DNA of 64,000 nt from Octopus vulgaris (taxonomy: Eukaryota), in NCBI GenBank assembly GCA_951406725.2, contig OX597818.1, positions 143,406,001 to 143,470,000 on the forward strand, in the 5' to 3' direction. How positions within the stretch are numbered: the first letter of the stretch is position 1; every line of letters starts with the position of its first letter. The translations under genes and the position numbers were made by a program. Positions 26,296 to 40,489 of the stretch are shown here, in pieces. A model generated the notes under the pieces. The model saw only the letters and a list, made by a program, of their open reading frames with translations. It searched no databases and was not told where the DNA came from.

Positions 26296-26460
26296 TATAT
26301 ATATATATATATATTCATATAAATACAGTGTACATTTAAACGCATAAGTAGTATCCATCATAGGATTCCTGGCACACTAGAAGGAACAGCTAGCTAAAGT
26401 CCAAACCACTATTAGGGATAAAAAGTCGAAGGGATGAAAAATAAAAACATTTACCATCTA

Positions 26461-26534
26461 TATCCTGGACCATGGTTTCAGGCTTTTTTTAGCAAATAAA
26501 ATAATTTGTTAGGCGAAGTCTTCATCAACAGATA
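26461..26534 (-). ncRNA. Hammerhead fold with U3.G8 core and extended stem II
   Basis: UAUCUG-UUGAUGA-AGACUU...AAGCCU-GAAAC-CAUG-GUC-CAGGAUA. Palindromic stem III ACCAUGGU, GUC triplet. Confidence 0.55.
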
Positions 26535-26597
26535 CACCTAGATTAAACATATAAGTACGAGGCAACTCCAGCATGTACCTCTTGATTATAACTTGGT

Positions 26598-26790
26598 CCC
26601 ACCTGCAAGGTCATGCGCTGTTTATCTTGATATGAGATCACCGTGTCGCGCACATATGGTTGTGATGCATTTGCCTGGTGTACCCTTATCAGACGGGTAG
26701 TCATGATGGGTATACTGGGCTTTGTATATTTTACCCCAGTGTCACTTTGATGGCATGCACTGCTCTCTCACTTAATAATAATAATTATAA
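26598..26790 (+). mobile_element. 3' end of a retroposon-like repeat with (AAT)n tail
   Basis: Overlaps the 8425-8812 repeat. Ends ctctctcacttaataataat. Confidence 0.6.
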
Positions 26791-27412
26791 TAATTACGAT
26801 ACGTAATAAATCAATTTTTTTTCTTGGCTCCTTGAATTAGAAGCCTCGGGTTAAACACTCTTCTGCTGTTGTGAAGAAAATATCATAATTTCCATTTTGA
26901 AGCACGAAAATAAAGCACGTAATGTGAAAAGACAGACTATTTACCACGGTCAGCTCACCCTAGATTCAGTCAATCTTTTAATAATTGTCTTTGAGGTGTA
27001 TCGAAAGTCATGGCGGATAGGAAATGGAATGGAACTCTTTTAAATTTAAATGACAATTCATTTGGCTTCAGAGATAGGCAATTTCTGTGACCTCCGGGAC
27101 ATGGGCATTACAATTTCGACAGTGAATTTTTATGCTATAGAGTCATTCTTGAAGAATCATGTGATTTAGCAAGCATTTTGCGTTCATGCTCGAGGAGTCT
27201 TCATCTGTCAATGTTGCTGAGATAATACTGACGCAATATAATTATTTAATGTAGTATTCATTATTTTATTTCATATCATAATATTTCGGCAAATATCTCT
27301 CTTTACTCTTTTACTCGTTTACTTCGATGACTAAAAGTGGTTTGTGAAAATGAAACAATCGTAATATGCAATAAAGCGTATTTGCTCAATCCATCTTTCT
27401 TGTTCACATTTC

Positions 27413-27459
<47 letters not shown>

Positions 27460-27596
27460 ATGTATGTATGTATGTATGTATGTATGTATGTATGTATGTG
27501 TGTGTATGGGTGTGTGTATACGTATGTATGTATAGATGTATATATATATATATGTATATGTACACACATATACATACACATAATGATATACATACA

Positions 27597-27634
<38 letters not shown>

Positions 27635-27644
27635 CATGTATATG

Positions 27645-27695
<51 letters not shown>

Positions 27696-27697
<2 letters not shown>

Positions 27698-27860
27698 GGG
27701 AGTATGGCTCCAAACTTACAGGGAAAAGTTAGATTTAGTATTAAATCAAATTTCACAGTATAAATATATAAAATATGAATTAGAGATAAAACCACTATTA
27801 TGAAACTCAAACAGTGGTAGACATAAACCAATACATAAATAACAAATAATATAAATATAA
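27696..27860 (+). repeat. AT-rich dispersed repeat (tccaaacttacagggaaaa family), also at ~45540 and ~50620
   Basis: Three in-window copies, each next to a microsatellite. Confidence 0.7.
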
Positions 27861-27984
27861 TTAATATAATATATAATATATATATATATCAAATTTTTTT
27901 TTCAAAAAGTATAAAAAGGATTATAAATATAATATAATAAGTAATAAGTAATCCCACATCTTTGAGCAGGGCCTTAAACTCAAT

Positions 27985-28400
27985 TCAGACGGGTATGTAA
28001 AGCTGTTGGAGACTGTTGTCAAACTCTGGTAGGAGAAAGTGGCTGCTGGAAGGCCATATGTGTGTCAGCAGGATTCGGCTTCTTGTCTATCCTCGACGTG
28101 AAAAGATTCAGAAGTGGTTGTCGGAGAATTTCTACGACTTCACCAGTACCAATTTCTGGCCTCCTACTTCCCTCGAATGTAATTCCGTAGATTACCATGT
28201 GTGGGACGCGGTTGAGAAAGACATTAACTGCTCTGCTTTCAACGCCAAAACCAAGCTGGTGGTTAAGACGTGTTCGACGATCTCCCCAGGGTCACAGTGA
28301 AGAAAGCAGGCGTTAGGTTCCGGAGCCGTCTTAAGGCCGTTGTGAAAGCTGTGGGCGGCTACTTTGAGTAAGATGTTACCTCCTAGTCATAATCTAGTTG
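27985..28400 (+). mobile_element. Tc1/mariner-superfamily transposase 3' relic
   Basis: QKWLSENFYDF...NFWPPTSLECNSVDYHVW (WPP.SPDLNP.D-like). Confidence 0.8.
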
Positions 28401-28948
28401 TTATTTTTGATTTCTTAGAAATACTTTTATTTTTGGATGAGATATTATATTTTCTTTTCATTTTATGTTACATACAGGGTGTTCCCACTAAAATTTGATG
28501 GCTTCCAATCTTCCATGGCAGTTAACTTTTTCTCAAATACAACTTACAACACCGTAGGCTGTTCACCTGTTCACCTGTTCATCAAGCTGTTTTTGAAAAG
28601 GAGAAGCACAAAACGTCAATTTTAGCCCAAACTACCATTCGTGTATGTATAAAACAATAGAATGTTGCTTCAGGAATATTTGGCTGCTGTTTCTAGCAGG
28701 TTTAATTAAAATTTAGATATCTCCTCCGTTGGCTCACCCCTGCCCCCTCCTCACACACTCACACAAGGTATCATGCAGCAATTTGAGGGAAATTTAACTG
28801 CATCTTTTAACTGGTCGAAATAACACGTCTCCTCCCAAATAAACATACATTAGACAGTATGATGATTTGGATGCTGACTGGGTGCTGATTCGACTGCTAT
28901 TTCTAACAAATTGAAGTACCGCATAGACGTCTTCCTCGTCAGCTCAGA

Positions 28949-29325
28949 CATACATACATACATACATACATACATTCATACATACATACATACATGCATA
29001 CATACATACATACATACGTAAATACATACATACATACATACACACATACATACATACACACACACATACATACATACATACATACATACATACATACATG
29101 CATGCATACATACATACATACATACATACATACATACATACATACATACATACATACATACATGACATACATACATACATACATACATACATACATACAT
29201 ACATACATACATACATACATACATACATACATACATACATACATACATACATACACACACATACATACATACATACATACACACACACATACATACATAC
29301 ATACATACATACATACATACATGCA
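28949..29325. repeat. (CATA)n microsatellite
   Basis: Direct reading. Confidence 0.97.
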
Positions 29326-29536
29326 CACACATACATGCGCGCGCACACACACATATATGAGTGTGTGTGTGCGGGGGTGGGTGCTATACAAGAAGTTGGA
29401 AAAGTTACTTGGAAGGCCGTCACAATGATGGGAAGTCAATTTAACAAAACAATTTGGGCCAAGATGGAACAGAATGGCGCAGTCATTGGAAGCACATTGT
29501 GATCAGCGATGTGCAACATTTAATAGTGTCACAGTG

Positions 29537-29571
<35 letters not shown>

Positions 29572-29944
29572 CTTATATAAAACAGTAGGTCGTGTTTGGG
29601 GGCGGTTTGTCTGCTACTTCTGTCAGGTCTAGCTAGAACATAGAGAGCTCCTGTATTGGGCCATACATATAAACATTTGAAAAAATATGAAATGATTTGA
29701 AGCAAATTTGACTGCTAATTCTTGTCAAATTGGGAGTTTCTTTATTTTCGTATCTCCCTCCTTTTATGACGCTTGTTTCAATACATGATGCACTTGTATG
29801 GTGTCATTGGAAGTGGGAGATCTAACGTCTCTTTCTTTTTTTTCTTCTTTTATGCACAGGTGGAATCTACGGAGTTCAAAAGTTCGAAATTCAATGACTT
29901 CAGAAAAAAAATTGCCTGCCAAACGAGGGAGAGGTAAAAATATA

Positions 29945-31907
29945 AATATCAAAAAGTTCCCGGAGTAGGTATGGTTAATAAAAAAACAACTTATTCACTT
30001 TTAAGTTTTAACATCATTTCCTTCGAAATAGTTACTTTACTCACAGGCATCGGTGCCAGCGTTCCTGCCACTTTTGGAATCCGCCAGGAAGTCGTTTCCC
30101 GTAAGTGAGTCGACCTTCTTATTTCTTTACTACCCATAAGTGGCTAAACACAGAGGAGGACAAACAAGGACAGACAAACGGATTAAGTCGATTATATCGA
30201 TCCCAGTGCGTAACTGGTACTTAATTTATCGACCCCGAAAGAATGAAAGACAAAGTCGACCTCGGCGGAATTTGAATTCAGAACGTAGCAGCAGATGAAA
30301 TACCTATTTCTTTACTGTCCACAAGGGGTTAAACACAGAGGGGACAAACAAGAATAGAAAAACGCATTAAGTCGATTATATCGACCCCAGTGCGTAACTG
30401 GTACTTAATTTATCGACCCCGAAAGGGTGAAAGGCAAAGTCAACCTCGGCGGAATTTGAACTCAGAACATAACGGCAGACGAAAATACCTATTTCTTTAC
30501 TACCCACAAGGAGCTAAACACAGAGGGAACAAACAAGGACAGACAAACGGATTAAGTCGATTATATCGATCCCAATGCGTAACTGGTACTTATTTAATCG
30601 AAAGGCAAAGTTGACCTCGGCGGAATTTGAACTCAGAACGTAGCGGCAGACGAAACGCCGCAAAGCATTTCGCCCGGCGTGCTAACGTTTCTGCCAGCTC
30701 GCCGCCTATGAGTCGACCTTCTGTCGTCGACTTTCTGTCGACGAAGTGAGTCGACCTTCTGTCCGTAAGTAAGTGACCTTCTGCGATTTGCTCTGGATCC
30801 CGACAACAGTGTTTAAACGGCAAGCTTTGAGCTCCATTTTCATCTCGGGGAAGCGATGGAAGTCCGCAGGTGCTAAATCTGGCGAATAGGGCGGGTGCGG
30901 AAGCGATACCACATTGTCTTTGGCGAGAAATTCACGAGTGAGGAGAGCTCGGTGACGGTGCGTTGTCGGCGTGAAGAATCTAATTCTTCGCGCTGATCAG
31001 ATCCGGTCGCTTTCACCGAATTTCCTCCCGCAAATGCTTCAAAAGGTCGCAGTAGAACTCTCGATTGACAGTCTGGCCATGGGAGACGAATTCTCGATGC
31101 ACGATATAGCAGATATCGAAAAAAAAAAATGATGAGCATGCCCTTGATTGAGCTGTGGCTCTGCTGTGCCTTCTTCAGTCGTGGAGACCAAGATTTCTTC
31201 CACTGTGACGACTGCTGCTCCGTCTCAGGGTCGTACCCGTCGACCCAGCTCTCGTCACTGATGATGATCCTCGACGTGAAGGGTGGGTGATCAGTGGCAC
31301 GCTGGCGGAGATCTTGAAAGATTTCAACGCAATGTTCTTTCTGCCCAGTAGTCGCAGGCGGTGCCAAATTTAGCAGAGACACGCCATATGTTCAGTTCAG
31401 ACGTTATGATTACCTGCACGGACCCATACAACAGACCAACAACATCAGCAATGTCATTGATTCTCCTCCGACGATCCTCGTGCACAAGCTGATGAATTTT
31501 CCCCACATTTCCGTAGGGTGACGCTCGTGGCAGGTTTTCCAGATAGTTCCTCGTTTTCCAGGGACGTTCTTCCGCTTTTGAATCGCTTACGCCTCTCGAA
31601 ACATTGCGAACAACCCATTACCCCGTCGCCGTAATCTTGCCAAAGCATGATCAATGTCTCTGTAGCAGACTTCCAAAGTTTAACGCAAAATTTTGGCTTT
31701 TTGTTCCAATTTCCTGTCCATGACAAAATCCCAGACCACGTGATCACAAATACACAAATTTCGCAATTTGCAAAGAAGTAAACACAGCGATGTCACTCGG
31801 CACTCTGCCTCATGAAGGTCACTGCCAGCTCTCACTTCGCAGGCAACTGTGTGCTGCCATCTGTTGTCACGCTACAGAACTAGTCCAAGAACCTTTTTAT
31901 ACCACTT
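29945..31907 (-). mobile_element. Near full-length degenerate mariner carrying a SINE insertion
   Basis: KFCVKLWKSATET, IIISDESWVDGYDPETEQQSSQW and PHPPYSPDLAPADF. Inverted ends aaaaagttcccggagtag (~29951) and ctagtccaagaaccttttt (~31880). Confidence 0.9.
30120..30708 (-). mobile_element. Tandem-trimer SINE with 14-bp TSD
   Basis: Three ~185-bp units, only the 5'-most with the ggcggcgagctggcag head. TGAGTCGACCTTCT at 30106-30119 and 30709-30722. Confidence 0.88.
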
Positions 31908-31924
31908 TGAAAGCCTTTCCCATC

Positions 31925-31988
<64 letters not shown>

Positions 31989-32760
31989 TATCTATCTATC
32001 TATCTGGGTCTTTCTCTTCATGTAAATTTCTCATTCTTAATCTCTATTCCACAATTCTCCAAAGAAAGAGAGAGACAGAGAAAGAAGAAAGAGACAGAGA
32101 AAGAGAGAGACAGAGAGAGAAAGAAAGGGAGAGAGAGAGAGATAGACAGACAAACAGGCAGACAGACAGACAGACAGACTGGCAGACAGACAGATTGACA
32201 AACAGACAGAAGGACAGACAAACAGATGGAGAGACAAACATATCAAGAAAGAGAAGAAAAACTAATCAGAATCTTAAGAAATGATTTCCGAGGATCTTTG
32301 CATAGATCGCTTGGCGGATAACAGAACTTCTTAAACACGATAACGATTCATTTTTAGCAAACTTAAATCTACAATCAAAAGTCGAACGTACTCCTCTGAA
32401 TTTTAGATTCACTAGATGAGACTCGAACCCATTACGTTAAAGAAGCTCAATGTAGATTCACCGTTGAGCCTACGTCCTTCATGTGCAAAACATATGCAAT
32501 AAAGTGGCCTTTTTGTATTCTAGCTTAGTGTAGTTGACGTCACAGTCGCCATGAATCTTCTACTTGCCAGTATAAAACTACAGAGATTATTATCTACATT
32601 AACTAAACTAAAACGTAGCAATTCACCATCTTATCGTTTTGGATGATCTTAAAAATTCGACTGGCACCGACCAACTAAATAACACAAGTAATGGAATATA
32701 TAAACATACACATATACGTATATATGTGTGTATGTGTGTATGTATGTATGTGTGTGCGCA

Positions 32761-32813
<53 letters not shown>

Positions 32814-33508
32814 CCCTCTCTCTGAGAGCCATTGACGCACCTCTCGCATATAAGTACACACGTTTACAAAACATACTTTTGCAGCAGCGAAAAGATTGAA
32901 AATAATGCAGCTTTCAGAGATATCTTGCCGTAACATTGGCGCGAACAAAATAAAGTATTGACATTAACCTGGCTACCAATCCGAAATTCGACTGATTAAT
33001 TTATCTATGAAATAAAATATTTTATTGTATAAATCTCCACCGTCAACAAATTCGAACAACTTCCGTTGTACGTGCAGTTTATCATGCTCCGCTGGAATTT
33101 TGGGAGGTCATACCTACAAAATGACCTTTCCTTAAAATTTCTGAATCGAAATTTCATTCCTGAAAAGACTTTCATATATATATATATATATATATTTGTT
33201 TGTTTGTTTGTGTATTCATTTACTTATTTTATATCACATCGTATTTTGTGAACAATTGCGTCATTGGTTACAGGTTTTCAAGACACCAATCGCTGGTTTA
33301 CTGCATTTCTGACGGCCAGCATGACAAGGAATTCTCTGTGCGACACGACAAAACGAATATAACAGATTTGGGATATTTCGTTCAAAGGCACTCGTTTTCA
33401 TTTCGATATACTACGCCGAAAGATGCACTTACACATGCGCGCGCGCACGTATGCATACACACCACACACATATATGTATGTATGTATGTATGCATGTATG
33501 TATGTATG

Positions 33509-33551
<43 letters not shown>

Positions 33552-33555
33552 ATTC

Positions 33556-33620
<65 letters not shown>

Positions 33621-33677
33621 ATAAAGGGCTTAGTAAAATAAATTACTTTGCCACATACTGAACTCAATTGTTGAAAT

Positions 33678-33709
<32 letters not shown>

Positions 33710-33755
33710 TACATATATGTATGTATGTATGTTTCATATATAAATAAATAAATAA

Positions 33756-33831
<76 letters not shown>

Positions 33832-33838
33832 CTATCTA

Positions 33839-33881
<43 letters not shown>

Positions 33882-33902
33882 ACATATATATGTATATGCA
33901 TA

Positions 33903-35154
33903 TTAGGTTGTCTCATATGAAATGTCGCATTTGAAAATGGAAACATTAAAATTGTGTTTTAAGTTTTAAAATATTTATTTTTTTAATCAAAATATGATCC
34001 TTGTTCATTGATGACCTTCATCCAACATTCCTCTAAGGCATATATTCCATCTTCAAAGAATTTGTCATCTTTTACACTGATAAACTGTTCAAATGTTTCA
34101 ATTACCTCTTCTTTATTTAAGAATGTTTTATTACGTATAGCAAGCTCGAAGTGTTTAAATATGTGATAATCAGTAGGAGAGGTATGAGGAGAATAAGGAG
34201 GATGTGCCAAAATTTTATAATTCAGGCTTTGCAACTTGTGGACCGTAGCTTGAGTAGTGTGATGCCGTGCATTATCATGAAGCAAAATTGGGCCATCTCT
34301 ATTCTTTAATCTGGGTTGCTTCTTTTTTAATTCTTCGTGCATACAATCAATTTCTTTACAATAGGATGTTACAGTTTTCCTTGTTGCAAAAATGAATAAT
34401 GAATAACCCCCTTTGTTGACCACCATACAGTGACCATCGACTTTTTAAGGTGCAATGGTAGTTTTGGGTAGTGTTTTGGTGACTCTCCTGCATCTAACCA
34501 CTGTCTTGTTCTCCTGTTATCAAAGAGTTTCCATTTCTCATCACACGTAATAATTCAATACAAAAATGGTTCTATTTCCAACCGAGAAATCAACACTGTA
34601 AGACATTTGTTTCTTTGAAGCTCATTAAGTTGATAGGGACCAGACCTATCCATCTTTTTGATTTTTTTCAGTTTTCTTCAAGTGTCGAGAACCAGTTGCG
34701 GCAGATGTCTGGAGCACTGATCCGATTTTTCGGACTGTTGTTCTCGGATTTCGTTTAACCAAAGTATTCAATTCATCATGCCGAATAACTGATTTTGGTC
34801 TTCCTCTTGATTCATTTTTAAGGCTTTCATTTCCTGGACGAAATCTTTGGAACCACCTCTGAACAGTTCTAATGTCAACAGAATCGTTACCAAATGCTCG
34901 CTTGATGTTTCGTAGAGCTTCGGTGGCCGAGTGACCCAACTTGTATTCGTACAAGAAAATAACTCGGTATTGTTCAGTTGTCAACATTGTCATAAGTGCT
35001 GTGGGCAGCAATTCTGAATAAAAGAATTGTCTAGAAAAGAAGGAGTTAAGAGTAAAGACAAGCATATACATAGAAACTCATTAAAAGTCCATTTATAGAT
35101 AATAACTCATAAGAAATCCATTTAAAATATGACAACTCATGTGAGACAACCTAA
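33903..35154 (-). mobile_element. Full-length mariner (Hsmar1/cecropia-like), transposase pseudogene
   Basis: TIRs ttaggttgtctca.atga at both ends with TA TSDs (33901-33902, 35155-35156). YEYKLGHSATEA, TVQRWFQRF, LLHDNARHH and HPPYSPHTSPTDYHIF. Frameshifted. Confidence 0.95.
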
Positions 35155-35259
35155 TATGTAAGTATACATACATTCAGATGTGTGCGTGTGTGTACATATG
35201 TATAAATACATTCATTCAGACATACACACTTGCATATATACATGCATACACACACGGAC

Positions 35260-35384
<125 letters not shown>

Positions 35385-35541
35385 CAAAGAGGAGGAAGAG
35401 CGAGCAGTAAAAGCCGAACTCAACGTGTTAAAATGGCCGTTGTTTTTAAAATATAAATAAAATAAAAACAAACGGACTTTTCTCCTTGGTACGAAAATGA
35501 TGAAAGGCGGGCAAAATAAATGAAGTCTATTTTATCATATA

Positions 35542-36128
35542 CTAGCACCATGACCCGGCCACAGTCAAAATGACTGAAATAAATAGAAGAGTATATGTAT
35601 ATATATTTCAGGGGAGAGTTTCAGGGAGTCGCTGGTGATGATCAAAAATCCGGCCTGCTAAAATTTGGTTAAAGTGATTCAAACTGCAGACTCAACGCAA
35701 AATGGTCACATTTAATTCAAAGCGTTAAAAATGTTATGAAAATAATTGGTATGTGTTCACAAAGTTCAAACGATTAATACGAAAAAACCCTCCAGGCTAC
35801 ACCCCTAAAATTAATTTCTTTGTCGAATTTCTACAATGTTTACGGTGATTCGTTTTTATATCTTGATTTTTTTATTTTTCATGCAATTTACGCATGCTTG
35901 CACGCGTGGTGAACACAGTTCACGTCAAACAGCTGAGTAAAGTTTACTATTCAATGCATGGGTTAAGGCCTAGACAAACACATTATCGATTTTTGTACTT
36001 GCGAGATGAATTTCGGAACAGAAATAGCGCAGTTCAATTTTCATTCGCCTAAACTTTAAGTGACCCATTTTTGGAGGTTCTACGATTTGTTGGCTCGGAG
36101 GAGTTGTGCCGGGAAGTTAAACACACAG
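35542..36128 (-). mobile_element. Second Helitron copy, 5'-truncated
   Basis: 35607-36128 closely matches 6444-6976. Minus strand ends gccgggtcatggtgCTAG|T. Confidence 0.75.
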
Positions 36129-37674
36129 AGGGAGGCAAAAACCCTACAGAAACTCATTACATCGAATTCACAAAGGGCATATTTAACGGTTGCTGCTGCT
36201 GTTCTTGTTATTGTTGTTGATGGTATTGGTGGTGTTGATAGTAATGGTGGCGATAATTTTGCACATATTATTGCATAGATTCATATCAACCTTGACTGAG
36301 TAGACCACTAATGAAACGTGTTTCCGCCATGATCATACCGTTGTGTAATGAGTATTTAGGACTACATTGTCTAATATGCCCTCCCCTTTTAAAAGATGGT
36401 ATGGGTTTAATTTAAGGTAGATCTGGCTGCTATTTCTATCAGATCTAGCGATTGCATAGATAGTCCGTTAAATACATAGAGAATCTCTACTTCTACCGAA
36501 ATATATACGAAAGAAATACTACATCACTGTCCCAATAGCACTGGATAGTAAAGTACAGTATTGATAATTTATCATTAAGATGTTCTGCCTGCGAGTAAGT
36601 GAGCCTCTATATGGTCATTCGACTTGTTAGAAAGTGTAGGCAAATCTCCATAAAATTACACTCTGCCATCTTAAATAAAGAATAGTCACACTGGATAACA
36701 TAATCCAAGATTGTTTCGAAAAGTCGAGACGACCAAAGCTGGAATGCTTTTACTTAAGTATACTTGATCAGTACTGACCTAAGCTTAAGCAACAACAACA
36801 CCACCAACACCACCACAAACAACAACAACAACTACAACATCCATATAATTGGATCAAAATATAAAAAAAGATTCTGACTATGACAAAGAATGACAATACA
36901 TTTAATAATCATCTTTAAAAGCATGTGATATTATCGAAGTTAAGATATAAGGATAAGCATTACACAAAGAACTTATCCTAGCTACATTCGGTAATCCCTG
37001 TTCTGGCAAGTAACATGGTATTAGCAGTGGCCACAGATATTTCAGGCTCTACGTAACTATATCTGACCAGTGATTGAGTAGTAGCATCACGATTAGCATC
37101 AATGGTATTTATGTGAAACAGTAGGACGAGACCAAAGTAGTGATGGTCTGTGCCAGCAAATAGGGAGTACAAAAAGTTCGCTAAGTGGAACGAATTATTT
37201 TGTTGTGAAGAAGAAAAGAAGTCCAACGTTTTTGGCGGAATCTTTCGTCAGGGAGAGATTAAAAGTTTAAAGAAGGTGAAGGGGGAGAAGGAGGAGGAAG
37301 AAGAGAAGGAGGAGAAGACAGGTAAGCATGTCAGTTTGGAGAAAGTTGGCAAAATAATGAGATAATGAATACTGAACTCTTACAAAATATGAAAAAGGGG
37401 AGAAAATGGGAGACAAACATTCATGTATTTGATCAAAAGTCGATGAATTTGTCAGCAAACATAACTAGTATTATAGCACGTTTTAAAATTCTATTTGTAT
37501 TTTACTTTCGGTGAAATTATGTAAGTTACGTTGGCAACTTTTTAGACTTGATCAAAACTATGAAGAAGAGAGAATTAAATGGACACAAGATTTATTTTGT
37601 ATTCTCATAATTAAGAGGAGGGGACGACAAAAGTTCACTAATATTGGGGTAGATGGTGTTTGTCAGCTGAGTAC

Positions 37675-37681
37675 ACATACA

Positions 37682-37712
<31 letters not shown>

Positions 37713-38015
37713 CATGCATGCATGCAAATATACATACATACATACATACATACATACATACATACATGCATGCATGCATGCAAATATACATATATACAAA
37801 CATACATACATAATACATACATACATACATACATACATACATACATACATACATACATACATACATACATACATGCATGCATGCAAATATACATATATAC
37901 ATACATACATACATACATACATACATACATGCATGCATGCATGCAAATATACATATATACAAACATACATACATACATACATACATACATGCTTGCATGC
38001 ATGCATGCATATATA
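37675..38015. repeat. (CATA)n with recurring catgcatgcaaatatac interruptions (higher-order repeat)
   Basis: Four similar higher-order units. Confidence 0.85.
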
Positions 38016-38441
38016 TAAATATATGTGCTGTCTGTGTGTGTTTGTGTGTTTGTGTGTGTGTGTGTGTGTGTGTACAGGGGCAGTGAGTGCAGAGTCTCAG
38101 GCCCAGGTGCAAATTCTAAGCTCCCAATATCTTCAAACATTTAATTTGTCACGTGATTGGCGATGTTATCGGTGACTGCCACTCTTTTCCACAAGTACCG
38201 TGTTTTCCAGCATACAAGTCGAATTTTTCAGACCAAGATTTACAACTTTCCACTTCTCAAACGTCGACTTATACACCAAGACGACTTTGGAAGACCAAAA
38301 ATTCCATGTGAAATGCAACAGAGTATGGAAAGGTAGTGACGACGTTTGAATGTTTAGGTGTTTACGCAATATACTGCGACGATCGTCTGCCGGAAAATAC
38401 GGTAGCAGCAGATAATTTTGTTTTGTTTCGAGTATTTAAAT

Positions 38442-38734
38442 CAGTGGTTCTCAACAGGAGCCCATGCGACACCTGGTGGTCCATATAAGATTTTTGCGAG
38501 TCCATGCGAGCAAAATAGTAAATTGGTTGGGTACACAGTAACATATTAAGGGTCCATGAAAAAATTTTGGTTTGGATGTATCTATTGCAAGAATTAGCTA
38601 GTTCAACGAAATAGGAATTTTGAAAGAAGTATCTATAAAACTAGTTTTTAATTATCGAGAGGATATGGAGGTCTACCAGAGTCAAATAGTATTCAAAGGG
38701 GTCCTTAGGTAAAAAAAATTGTTGGACATTTCTG
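38442..38734. mobile_element. hAT (Charlie-like) MITE with 8-bp TSD
   Basis: Left end cagtggttctcaac, decayed right end gttggacatttctg. ATTTAAAT at 38434-38441 and 38735-38742. Confidence 0.75.
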
Positions 38735-39022
38735 ATTTAAATCATGTGATTAGCAGCTTTGGTTTGATGGCCGTACTCTTTCGCAGCTGCTATTTTGATA
38801 TAGACGTAAAGGTGCATTGAAGATAGTAGTTGTTTAAACAATGTATTTATTAGGTTTCCGAACAATATATTAAAACAAGTTCGAATCATTCTGAGATCCT
38901 TTCATACGAATCTGGATGACAAAGTTTAAGATTAATCCAATTTCAATGTATTTAATTCGATACTTTTTTGTGGGCCCTTGGGACCAAGGGTACTTGCTCT
39001 TGTCGACGCCTGTACAGGGTTC

Positions 39023-40395
39023 TATGTATGTATGTATGTATGTATGTATGTATGTATGTATGTATGTATGTATGTATGTATGTATGTATGTATGTATGTA
39101 TGTATGTATGTATGTATGCATGTATGTATGTATGTATGTATGTATGTATGTTTGTATGTATGTATGCATGTTTGTATGTATGTATGCATGTATGTATGTA
39201 TGTATGTTTGTATGCATGTATGTATGTATGTATGTATGTTTGTATGTATGTATGTATGTTTGTATGTATGTATGCATGTATGTATGTATGTATGTTTGTA
39301 TGTATGTATGTATGTATGTATGTATGTATGTATGTTTGTGTGTATGTATGTATGTATGTATGTATGTATGTATGTTTGTATGTATGTATGTATGTATGTA
39401 TGTATGTCTGTCTGTATGTATGTATGTATGTATGTATGTATGTATGTATGTATGTATGTATGTATGTATGTATGTATGTATGTATGTATGTATGTATGTA
39501 TGTATGTATGTATGTATGTATGTATGTATGTATGTATGTATGTATGTATGTATGTATGTATGTATGTATGTATGTATGTATGTATGTATGTATGTATGTA
39601 TGTATGTATGTATGTATGTATGTATGATGTATGTATGTATGTATGTATGTATGTATGTATGTATGTATGTATGTATGTATGTATGTATGTATGTATGTAT
39701 GTATGTATGTATGTATGTATGTATGTATGTATGTATGTATGTATGTATGTATGTATGTATGTATGTATGTATGTATGTATGTATGTATGTATGTATGTAT
39801 GTATGTATGTATGTATGTATGTATGTGTGTATGTATGTATGTAAGTATGTATGTTTATGTATGTATGTATGTATGTATGTATGTATGTATGTATGTATGT
39901 ATGTATGTATGTATGTATGTATGTATGTATGTATGTATGTATGTTTGTATGCATGTATGTATGTATGTATGTATGTATGTAAGTGTGTATGTTTGTATGT
40001 ATGTATGTATGTATGTATGTTTGTATGCATGTATGTATGCACGTATATGTATATTTTCAAACTCATATATATATTGCACAGATTTATATACACACACTTA
40101 CTTACATACTACAACCATCCATCCATGAAGCCAGCCAGTCATACATACATACATACATACATACATACATACATACATACATACATACATACATACATAC
40201 ATACATACATACATACATACATACACACATACATACATACATACATACATACATACATACATACATACATACGTACGTACATACATACATACACACATAC
40301 ATACATACATACATACATACATACATACATACACACACACACATACATACATACATACATACATACATACATACATACATACATACATACATACA
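39023..40395. repeat. ~1-kb (TATG)n followed by an oppositely oriented ~255-bp (CATA)n
   Basis: Direct reading, ~100-bp spacer. Confidence 0.97.
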
Positions 40396-40489
40396 TTTTA
40401 TGTACAAACTGTACACAAGTTGCCTCAAACAATTTGCCCCAAGACCATCGTGAGTCGAACTACATTGTGACTACATTGGGATTACAAGA

